Positions 51,833 through 62,282 of a DNA stretch of 64,000 bases are shown here, piece by piece. The position numbers were made by a program, and so were the translations under genes. How positions within the stretch are numbered: position 1 is the stretch's first letter; each line of letters begins with the position of its first letter. Location: contig NC_043003.1 in NCBI RefSeq assembly GCF_006345805.1, forward strand, positions 71,672,001 through 71,736,000, read 5' to 3'. Below the pieces are notes generated by a model. The model was not told where the DNA came from. It was given only the letters and a program-made list of their open reading frames with translations, and ran no database searches. This DNA is from Octopus sinensis (lineage: Eukaryota).

Positions 51833-54800
51833 CAGACATGATGGCCGTCCACTCGTGACCGAGGAAGACCATTGCCGACCTTCAGGAACATTGTGCGCTC
51901 TAGGACTAACTTATATTTTGCATTTGCGGCTCCGTTGGTGGCTAATGAGCCCTGCTCTTGACAAGTACACACGACTGCAAACATTGCAGACCAAGCTTTC
52001 CCCATTCACTATATGAGCCGTGCGCTTTCGCACAGCTCGCCTAAGTTCTTCATGCTGGATACGTGCTCTCTCAAAAGTGTCGATCCCCTCCTTAACCTGC
52101 TTCCTCCATCTGTGGCAATGACAGGCATTGTTCTCCCAGTCAGTGTCCTGCATATCAAAGGCCTTTAACGAGGACTTAACACAGTCCTTAAATCGCAGCC
52201 TTGGTTTCTGCCGGAGTCTCCTTCCATTCACAAGTTCTCCATAGAGCATCTGCTTAGGAATCCTTCTAGCCTCCATTCTAATAAGGTGTCCAGTCCAACG
52301 CAACCGGTGCTTGTGTACCATCGCCTCAATACTCAAGATATCAGTTGTCCTCAGGATCTGTGTGTCTGGAATTTTTGAGGTCCAGCCAACATTGAGAATG
52401 TGTCTGAGACATCTCTGATGAAAACGTTCAAGGACCCTTACCTGACGTTTGTACAGAGTCCATGTCTCACATGAGTAGAGAAGCACTGTCAGTACACAAG
52501 CACGGTACACAGCAACTTTTGTTCTCCTTGAGATGCCATGTTGGGACCAGACACGAGACTGAAGAGACCGGAAAGAATTTGTTGTTCTCTGCAACCTGAA
52601 AGATATTTCCTCATCCAGGGAGCAAGAACGGCTGAGTGTGCTGCCCAGGTAGACAAACTTGTCTACTACCTTCAGAATTGTTCCTTCAACCAAGATAGCT
52701 GGTTCTATATATGGATTTCCTGGAGCAGGCTGGAACATTACAACAGTCTTGTCCAGGCTAATGCTGAGTCCAAATGCCCTGAAAGAAGCAGAAATGCAAT
52801 TCATGAGTATTTGCATGTCATCCACTGTATGAGTGACTAAGTCACAGTCATCTGCATAAAGGAGGTCACGAATAATTGACTGGGAAACCTTTGAATTGGC
52901 AGCAAATCGGCGTAGATTAAAGAGGCGGCCAGAAGATCGATATCTGACATATATTCCCAGAGAGCTAACCTTAGCAAAAGCATGAGTAAAAGTAGCAGCA
53001 AAGTACAAAGAAAAGAGAGTTGGGGCAAGGATGTCACCCTGCTTAACACCATTCTCTACAGGAATGGGTCCCGCCATGGCACCACCAACATTGACCCAAG
53101 CCTCCATCCCATCATGAAATGATTTAATTATAGATACAAAGTGATCCGGACATCCAAGTTTGCCAAGTATTTTCCATAGAAAGGCCCTATTTACAGTATC
53201 AAAGGCCTTAGTTAAATCAATGAATACCTGGACAAGATCCATATTCTGCTCATAGCACTTTTCCTGCATCTGTCTTGCTGTGAAAATCATATTCATTGTC
53301 CCTCTACCAGATCGGAAGCCACATTAAGATTCAGATAGGACATCATTTACGAGACACCCATTCAGACGGGTAAGAAGAATATTTGCCAGAATCTTGCCAG
53401 CAGCTGATAGTAGAGCAATACCTCTGTAGTTACCACACATTGTTCTGGCTCCTTTACCTTTATATAGAGGAAGAATAATTGCATTCTTCCAGTCCTTAGG
53501 GATTGCACCATCCCTCCAGACTGCACTAATAAGTTCATGAAGGGACTGTGTGATGCAATTACCACCAAATCGCAAGACCTCAGCACAAATTCCATCCTTT
53601 CCAGGTGCCCTACCAAGATTCAATTTACTCATTGATGTCATTACTTCATGTATTGATGGCAATGAGTCTAAGGAGTCAATGATAGGTCTTTGTTTCATAG
53701 TATCAATCACTGTTTCAACCACAACTGACTCATGGTTTAGGAGTTTAGAGAAGTGTTCGATCCAGCGACCTGTGATTTCTGTTGATTTAGTAAACAGAGT
53801 GGAAGACTCCTTGGAAAGCAAAGGAGCTGATGTGGAGCTCTTAGGTCCATAAGCTCGCTTCATAAGATGGTAAAGCTTCTTGCTGTCATTTGCATCAGCA
53901 GCAGCCTGAACATCACGAGCAAGATCCTCCCACCAAGTGTTCTGCATCTTCCTGAGAGATCGCTGCAGTAGTGATTTTACACTGTTATAGTGGGCAAGTG
54001 CTAGACTTCGCTGCACAGTAGACAGTTCTCTGTGCAGCAACACACTGTGGGCATGGCGCTTCACCACTAATAGTCGTTGAATTTCAGCATCATTCTCATC
54101 AAACCAGTCTCTGTGTCTGGCGGTAACATACCCCAGTGTTTCGGCTGCACATTGAACAACCTGGTCTCGAAAATCTTCCCATCCTGCAGCAGTTTCAATG
54201 CTGGACAAGCGAGTCTGAAGCTCTTTCCTAACCACAACGTCATATACCTTGTGGACATTTCGACGGCGAGGAATGCTTACTGGTCCTCTTCTCTCTTTCG
54301 CCCTAATCACCAGACTGTGGTCCATCCAGCATTCTGATCCATGCAAGGACTTGACATTACAAATGTCATAAATGTCGCGCTTGCGGATGATGACGTAATC
54401 CAGCAAGTGCCAAACTTTGGACCTTGGATGCATCCATGTTGTTGTGTGATCACCTTTGTGCGCAAAATGAGTACTTGCAATGTAAAGTCCATGTTCTTCG
54501 CAAAGCTCCAGTAGCTTGAGACCATTGCTAATTAATTTTCCCTACACTAAAACGTCCTAGAGAGTTCCATGTTTATCAGAATTGGGGATTTTTCTAAGTA
54601 TGGCTCTCAGCTGGGTATAAAAGATTATTTTATCTTCATCACAGCTAGTCAAAGTAGGTGCATAGGCACTTATTAGAGTAGCAAACCGCTTACCTTTCAA
54701 GTGCAACCGTAGGGTCATTATACGTTCATTTATAGGAACAGGGAGCTCTTCCAACTTCCTCAGGATATCAGATCGGACTGCAAAACCAACACCAGCCTCT

Positions 54801-55752
54801 CTGCGCTCCTCCTTCTGCCTTCCTTTCCAAAAAAAGGTGTATCCGCCTCCTACTTCCTCAAGCTGACCATCACCTTCTATACGAGTCTCTGAGAGTGCAG
54901 CTATATCAATTTTATAACGGTTCAGCTCACGAACAACAAGTGCAGTGCGTCTTTCAGGCCTGCAATCATTCTTGTTGTCCAACAGAGTACGCACATTCCA
55001 ACATGAAATGTTTAAGTTCCGTCCAGATTTTATAAATAAAAGACTCTTTGTTTTTCGAGCACAGAGTGGACATCCGTCAGTCGCGCTAAACTGACCAGAT
55101 ATGGAAAGACAGGCAATTTTTGGTTCACTTTTTCTAGAACCTTCCCGGTCTCCGGGTGAGCAGTGCCCTCTCCAAATGGAGCTGCTCAGACACCCACGCA
55201 GCAACCGAATCCTACCGCTGTCTTGGGCGAAAAGGAGACGACTTTATATCTAGCATGGGCCGCCTACGTGCAGGTCGCTGACTACATGCTTCCAACCCGT
55301 CAGGTCTGCATGCTTCACCACCTTCCCATCGCCGCAGGACTTCCGAATAAAAAAATATATATATATACTAAAAATGAAGAAAATATATACTAAAAATAGG
55401 ATATATATATATATATAGGTAAAAAAAAAAAAAAAGGTCGCCAATGCCTGTGCAGAGTTTTAGGTCCAATAAGGCTTGCACAACACCTCATAGACCCTCT
55501 CCACTCTATTGACATTATCCAGAGACAAGCCGGAGCAAGATGTCTGGTGCCTATATGAGTCGCAGGCTCAGGGATGTGGGAGCGCCGTGATCTCTAGCAC
55601 AAACCAAAGATCCCCAAAATGTTCAATGCCATTCCCTGCATATCTGGTTTCATATCAGAGTGACCTTCTCCTAGAAACGTGCTTTAACAAAAGCTGAGGG
55701 GCGCCTCACTCCCAGTGGTCTTTCAGCACGCCGGACACCACCCCGGAATTTC
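51833..55752 (-). mobile_element. near-full-length RTE-clade LINE (second family)
   Basis: ~550-bp 5'UTR, a single EN-RT ORF, very short 3'UTR; sits in TACA repeats at both ends. Confidence 0.95.
51911..55204 (-). pseudogene. RTE ORF: APE endonuclease, reverse transcriptase and C-terminal C2H2-like finger, in three pieces
   Basis: WNVRTL, LSETR, GVGF, AYAPT, LDYVI, NYRGIALL, FIDLTKAFDTV, GVKQG, YADD, YLGS and CxxC..HxRS motifs. In-frame TAA at 53324-53326 (ESxCGFR, normally Q) and a frameshift or small deletion near 54560. Confidence 0.93.
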
Positions 55753-55772
55753 TACATACATACATACATACA

Positions 55773-55805
<33 letters not shown>

Positions 55806-55822
55806 GTATGTATGTATGTATG

Positions 55823-55891
<69 letters not shown>

Positions 55892-56210
55892 TTCGTAGAC
55901 AGAAACTTAAATAAATCAATCGTATATATATGTATGTATATATTTAAGTGTATGTGTGTGACTTTGTTTCTGTGTTTCACCCTCATCATTGCTTCACAAC
56001 TGCTGTTCGTTTATTTACATCCCCATAACTTACTGGTTTCACAAGAAGAAACTAATAGAATAAGTACCAGGCTTATCAACATAACTGCCCACTCAGTTGT
56101 ATTTATCAATTTATCTTTGTGTGTGTGTGTGTAGATATATATATAATACATGCGCGCGCACACGCGCACACACATATATTTATACATGTATGTATATGTG
56201 TACATTCATA

Positions 56211-57884
56211 TTTATTATATCAAAGACAATGTCTTTATGTGTTCGTGTATTACTTATACATTCGAAAACTGCTGCACCGATCATAATGAAATTTGGAACG
56301 CAAAATCGAAGCCCAGGGAGAAGGGTAATGCTGTGTGTTTCATACAATTTCATGGAACAAAATTTCTGAATGGATCCTTATGATACTTGAAACTTAGATT
56401 CAATGCATAAGGGCGGGTATAATGCCATGTTTGGTTTGAATTTCGGATGGCTTAAAGGGGGCAGAACCCCACATGAGAATACATAAATTTTCGATGTTGA
56501 TGAAATTTCAACCATGGGTAATTGACACACCTCGAGAAGTATTCTCAAAGTTTCCACTTCACGTAAGGATTCTAGGACACCCTAATGGGGGCCTTAACTC
56601 CCAAATTTTAGTCATTTCTTTTATGATCCAAAACTAATTCAAAAGTACTGAATGGATCTTTACGAAATTTGGAAATTATATTCTATGCATAAGGGCCACA
56701 ACCCCCATGACAATTCATATATTTTTGCTGTTGATGAAATTTTAACCATAGATATTAGATACAAATGAAGTAAAATTTATAAAATTTCATCTTCTTACAA
56801 GTTAGAAAGACCCCTCCATGGGGACTTAACACCAACAATTTTGTCATTTTATCTAAGCAAAGACGAATAGTTGTACTCTTGGAAGCTGTGGGGTCATCCG
56901 AGCAAAGAAGATGAGCATTATTTGTAATTCAACGGTGAAACAGTGTAACAGTTTGCTTTGACATACACTTAGATTGTGATTTCTGCAATGTGGTGCATAA
57001 ATTGTCAAGTAAATGAGAGGCATCTTTGCATCCACTGATTCAGTTGCAAAGTGTTGAGTAAAGTTATTTGAGTGCAGACCTCCTTTCAGTCTTTCTATTA
57101 TCACTCGGTCACACATAGTCCCCAGATGGTAACATTGATTTCAAGGCCTTCCCAGATGAGTGACTGGTTATTCAAAGACATTTATAGATTGTATATTTAT
57201 TCTGTCCAGTTACTTATCAGTATAGTGGTCATTTGCAAACTCCAACTTTCATTTCTCCTTAGCCCTCACGTCACACAGTTGTTAATGTTTATTTCAGTTG
57301 GGTCACGCCCTTCCAATTGCTATAGATTCGTAATGCATCTTACGGCTGTGCCTGTCACCTGGATGATGAGGAATACTACATTAGGAGTGATAACGACTAG
57401 GGTAGGGTAATTGACTGCTTATTGGGATCATTCGTCTTTTGGTTTCCTGTAGCTTTGCTCTCTTTTACAAACCCAGTGAACATATATTTCCTATTTCAAA
57501 GAAATTCAGACAATAGATATAAGACCCAAGTTAAAAAGATTTTCAACAATTCAACTTCTCTGGTTGACATTAAGATGCCCACCCCCAATAGGGGCGTTAA
57601 CTCTCACATTTTAGAGCTCCATAACCTCCATTTTTCAGGAGCAAAATCCTTTTAACAGGTGCTATAAGACTGGAATTTTGGAATATGCACATAAAAATCA
57701 GCAGTATGGGATAGATGTGGCACGATTACAATTTTGTTTGGGTCTGTAAAGAGGGAAATAACCCTCATCTGCAATTTTGATGAAATTCGAAACATACGTA
57801 TTCCAGTTCATTACGGAAAATATAACAGAAAAGTCTAATTCTTCAATTGTATGTAACTCGGGCAACGCCGAGTATCTCTGCTAG
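56211..57884 (+). mobile_element. non-autonomous Helitron with internal duplication
   Basis: 3' hairpin ACTCGG-GCAACG-CCGAGT ending 8 nt before terminal CTAG-T; ~250-bp diverged internal duplication (56350-56620 vs 56640-56850); 5' end approximate. Confidence 0.7.
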
Positions 57885-57906
57885 TATATATATATATATA
57901 TATATA

Positions 57907-58186
57907 TTGGGTTGTCCGGAAAGTTCGTGTCGGTTTTTAAAGGAAAGAAAAGGGTCAATAAATACTTGCCATTACATTTTTAATCAACCAAATATGAACC
58001 ATTTTGTTCAACAATGCGTCTCCATCTTTAACTTGAAAATACCCTTTTCCCAGAATTGAGGTGGTTTCATGGCAAAGAATTCATCAAGCTATCTTTTTAC
58101 GTCATCCAAGGAATTTAAATTTTTACCATTAAGACTATTCGGCAGAGACCTGAATTAGTGGAAATCCGAAGGAGCAATATCTGGAC
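57907..58186 (-). mobile_element. mariner 3' end fragment, truncated by the LINE junction
   Basis: TIR TTGGGTTGTCCGGAAAGTTCG; homologous to 59547-59828 up to GAGCAATATCTGGA. Confidence 0.9.
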
Positions 58187-59330
58187 GTTTCTTGGCATCC
58201 ACCACGGTGGGTTAGGGATGCCTTGGCTGTTGATGCGCAGACATGCGCTGAGGTTGAGGCATCTTTGGCTCTACCTGGATGGTGAATGGGTGTGGTCCCC
58301 GCTCGCGAGGCAGATGTTCCCCAGCTTTGTCAGTTTTGGTGGCAGAGAAACCTGGTATCGTCGCAGACTTAGGTCGAGCATGTGGTATTCGGAGTGCCAT
58401 AAGGCCCTCTCTCACTTCCGCAAGTCGGGCAATGCCGGTGGCTTTGGTACCACCACAGCTTCTTATAGTAGGTTGGTAGAGGTAGGAAATGACGATGCCC
58501 TAGGAAGGACCTTGGGTCTCGATAATAATCAGTTAGACAGCCTGTTCCAAAGGACATTCGGGCCGAGGACGCTGGATAACTTTCAGAAGTCTTTGGCCTG
58601 GCAATGTTACAGAGGAGCCTTACCCGTTCGGGATAAGCTCACAAGACATGGTCACGTTGGACCATCGAACTGTCCAAGATGCGAGCAGGATGTGGAAACA
58701 GTCCTCCACGCTATTGTTCAGTGTCCGGAAATTTCGGACGTGTGGGTTTATGCAGAACACCTGTTGTCAGACGGAAGAAGAGTACAGCTATCGGCTGAGA
58801 CAATTCTAAAAATTGACTCGCCTAGTTTTTTTTACAAACGAAGGTGTGCATTGCTTTCTCGTGATAGTAGCAGTAGCGAAAGAGATTATATGGAAGACCA
58901 GAACGAAAGGTATAAAGACAGACACCATGATCTCTGGCCCCGCCCTGGTGAACTTTTTTAAGTTCCACCTAAAAAGAGAGGTGGAGTTAGAGAAAAGGTG
59001 TCTGTCAGTATGCAAGTTCCAAAAAAGATGGAAGCGTGTTGCACGATTGCTGAGAGTGCAAGTCTTTACATGAACACGCCATAAGTCAGCTACCAAGTTT
59101 CAGTGGGAAAAACAGGGCTCGTGGGGTCGGCAATCCTGTTTTTCTTTTCCCCTTCATGCGTCTTTTGTTGTTTGTTGTGTAAAAAGTGTAACATTCGATT
59201 TTTCGATTTTTTTGTAAATTTTTATTGTATTTTCACTAGCATTTTATGTCGTTCATCATTGTTTTAACATGACCCCAATCATGTTGTGCTGTCCCCCTCT
59301 ATGTTGGCCCCTTGTGGGCAATAAAGAAAC
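58187..59330 (+). mobile_element. Tx1/L1-clade LINE 3' end (ORF2 C-terminus, 3'UTR, polyA signal)
   Basis: GGLGMP, W..Y.GALPV..L and CPRC..ETVLH...C zinc-binding region; T-rich 3'UTR ending GCCCCTTGTGGGCAATAAAGAAA. Confidence 0.88.
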
Positions 59331-59546
59331 AACTGAACTTTCACCAACTCATCATGTAGTGCCTTACTGCTTTCTGCTGGATTTTACCTTGTGAAAGGAA
59401 CCCTGAGGAAGGAGGGCTGAATTTGGAATACTTCGTACAACCACTTTTCTGAAACGGCTGCAGGTTAGGAAAACAAATTTTAATCGCCTCTTTCAATATA
59501 GGTTTTTAATTTTTCATGTTTATATTCGTATTTCATTATGTTTATA

Positions 59547-60111
59547 TTGGGTCGTCCGGAAAGTTCGTTCCAATTTTTAAAGGAAAGAAAAGGTCACTAA
59601 ATACTTGCCATTACATTTTTAATGAACCAAATCTGAACCATTTCGTTGCACAATACGTCTCCATCTTTCCTTTACCTTGAAAATACCCTCTTCCCAGAAT
59701 TGGGGTGGTTTCAAGGCAAATAATTCATCAAGGTATCTTTTTACGTCATCTAAGGAATTTAAATTTTTACCATTAAGACTATTCTGCAGAGACCTGAATA
59801 AGTGGAAATCCGAATGAGCAATATCTGGAGAATAGGGAGGGTGGGGGAACACATCCCAGCCGAGCTGCAGCAATTTTTGTCTGGTTCCCAAAGCATCAAG
59901 TGCTGAAAATGAACCTTTTCATCTTTTAGTTTAAAGGGTTACAGAATTAACACATGTTAAAGGAACATAAACCTTCTTCCACGAAAAGATAGCTTAAACT
60001 GTGCTCTAAATGGAGGTGTAGTCAAATCCTATTTTATGGACTCAAACATGTTCTAAAATAAGTCGAAAGATAAGCTACTATAAATGGGCATGAACTTTCC
60101 GGCCAACCCGA
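59547..60111 (-). mobile_element. complete mariner deletion derivative (~565 bp)
   Basis: TIRs TTGGGTCGTCCGGAAAGTTCG / TGAACTTTCCGGCCAACCCGA with TA flanks; HPPYSPDIAHSDFHLFRSLQN remnant. Confidence 0.92.
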
Positions 60112-60438
60112 TATTTCTATATTTTTATCATGAAACTATTAATATAAATATGTGGATATTCGTATGGAATAATACCTCATGTGCTACATCTGAATTTTCT
60201 TGTCTGAATGTTTTAAGACAAATATCCGAAATTTTTATCGTATACCACATTTTATTAATACTTAGCTCATATACGGAGACAAAAATGTTGTACTATATAC
60301 TGCAGGTTATCTCCATTAAAATTCCCGTGTTATATACATTATATATATATATATAGTAGAAGAAATAGCTATAACCCTTTGACTGCTATTTCTAAATTCG
60401 GTATGTGGTAAGGCAATTCGTTGCTGAACCTTATTGCT

Positions 60439-60521
<83 letters not shown>

Positions 60522-60537
60522 GTATATATAATATACA

Positions 60538-61062
60538 CACCGGCGTAAATTTAAGACCGATGATATTCTGTTACTAGTCCTTTGCCGATCTTAATATTGA
60601 CCAGTCTCCGAGTATAACTTCCACGCATGCACGCAAGCCGGTTTACTGCAGTTTAGTTGCTTGCTGATGTTCGAAAAGGAAACTTTTTGCTGTAATATAC
60701 GATTTTTGCTCTCGTGACTGGACTAAGGCTACGTTGTTTTCCCATTATTAATAAATTGTATAATAACATTAAATTATAACTTTGTATGGTGCATTTAGGC
60801 TCGTTGTGTGACCACCCATTTTGGCCAACAAAATGCATACATATTACATGGTCTTACACTAATTTCCCGGTAAATTTGAAAAGTTTATATTAATTAGAAT
60901 TCTTCAAGTTGCATAAAAATATTTATTGTCTGCATCATTCGAAAGAGAAATAAATTTTGCATAAGGTGTAAAAGATAAAACTAATTTGTATGGTGTTAGT
61001 AACAAAATATTTTGTAAGAAATAGAAGTTTTATCGTCTGTCTTAAATATATTTTCGCCAGTG
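60538..61062 (-). mobile_element. Tc1-like deletion derivative
   Basis: TIRs CACCGGCGTAAATTTAAGACCGATGATA / TATCGTCTGTCTTAAATATATTTTCGCCAGTG-TA; retains the transposase-like start MGKQRSLSPVTRAKIV. Confidence 0.75.
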
Positions 61063-61070
61063 TATATATC

Positions 61071-62168
61071 TCGGGTCATCCCATAAGTTCTGTCTGAATT
61101 TTGGATAAAGAATACAAGTGATCAAATTTTGTATTTAATTGAAAGTTAATCATCAATGTACTTTCCCTGATTATCTATGACTTACTTCAATCTATTTACA
61201 AGCTTTTCAATCCCATCAATGTAAAACTCTTTTGGTTTCAAAGCGAAGAACTCTGAAATGTCAGGTTCGACCTCCTCCTGGCTTGCGAAAGTTGTGTCCC
61301 CCTAATAATTCTGTTAACTATGAAACCAATGGTAGTCTGAAGGAGCAAGGTCGGGAGAATAAGGTGGGTGAAGAAATATTTCCCAATCGACCTCTTCGAT
61401 CTTCTGTGATGTAATCTTTGCAGTGTGGGGTTGCGCATTGTCCTGATGAAACATCACTCGTTTTCGACTCACTAAAGCGGCTCTTTTTTCCTTCAAACCT
61501 TGGTTCAAACGCGCTAATTGATGACAGTAGACTTGAGCATTGATTGTTGCATTAGGTGGTAACAATATAAAGTGAATTACACCTTTGCAATCGCACCAGA
61601 TAGAGAGAAGAACCTTTTTCCCATGAAGTTCCCTTCTCGGTTGTGGTTGAGCATTTTCCCTTTTACCAAGCCACTGTTTACGACGTTTAACATTTCGATA
61701 GAGAATCCATTTTTCATCACAAGTCTATCGAAAAAGGGTGAAATGAGTTTGCGAGAATGGAGAGAAGAGTAGATGCCAACTCGGGATTTGCGGTTGCTTC
61801 GGACAATACATAAGGCACCTATTTTCCAAGTTTAGGAATCTTTCCCCGTTGTTGAAGATGACGATGAACTGTTGTATGGTTTGAACTAAGCTTTATTGCC
61901 AATTCCTCAACTGAGAATGACGGATTTTCTTCAAGTAATGCCTCAAGGAGCTTATCATCAAACTCAACTGGACGTCCTGTTCGAGATTCATCTTCAATTT
62001 TGCAAACGATCTCCTGCAAGTTCTTTCATTCGAGCACTTTCCCATAAGCTGAGTTTCGAGTCACTTCGGCTGCAGAGTTAAATTTATTGTACTCATAAAG
62101 AATTATATGTGTCTTAAATGCTCCTTGGATACTTCCATGTTGAAAGGGTTTTAATCAAAGCAATTTTA
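61071..62168 (-). mobile_element. mariner transposon, pseudogenised, 5' TIR not seen
   Basis: ATG at 62138 gives MEVSKEHLRHI; RTGRP, HQDNAQPH and HPPYSPDLAPSDYH motifs; 3' TIR TCGGGTCATCCCATAAGTTC. Confidence 0.9.
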
Positions 62169-62282
62169 GGGTGTCCACAAAGTTTGAGTTTATGGAATAA
62201 AATCATAATATAAACAAATAAATATAAGAAATAATAATTTTTCTTTATTTTTGTTTAAATTAAACAAAAAAATACTATACTT

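Noticed and set aside
51570-56135. LTR retrotransposon interpretation of the direct repeats around the RT
   Set aside because: The enclosed ORF is an APE-RT non-LTR RTE; the repeats are SINE-derived and have no TG..CA ends, PBS or integrase
58158-58961. 267-aa ORF as a novel host gene
   Set aside because: Chimera of antisense mariner sequence and a Tx1 ORF2 C-terminus, with a frameshift near 58825
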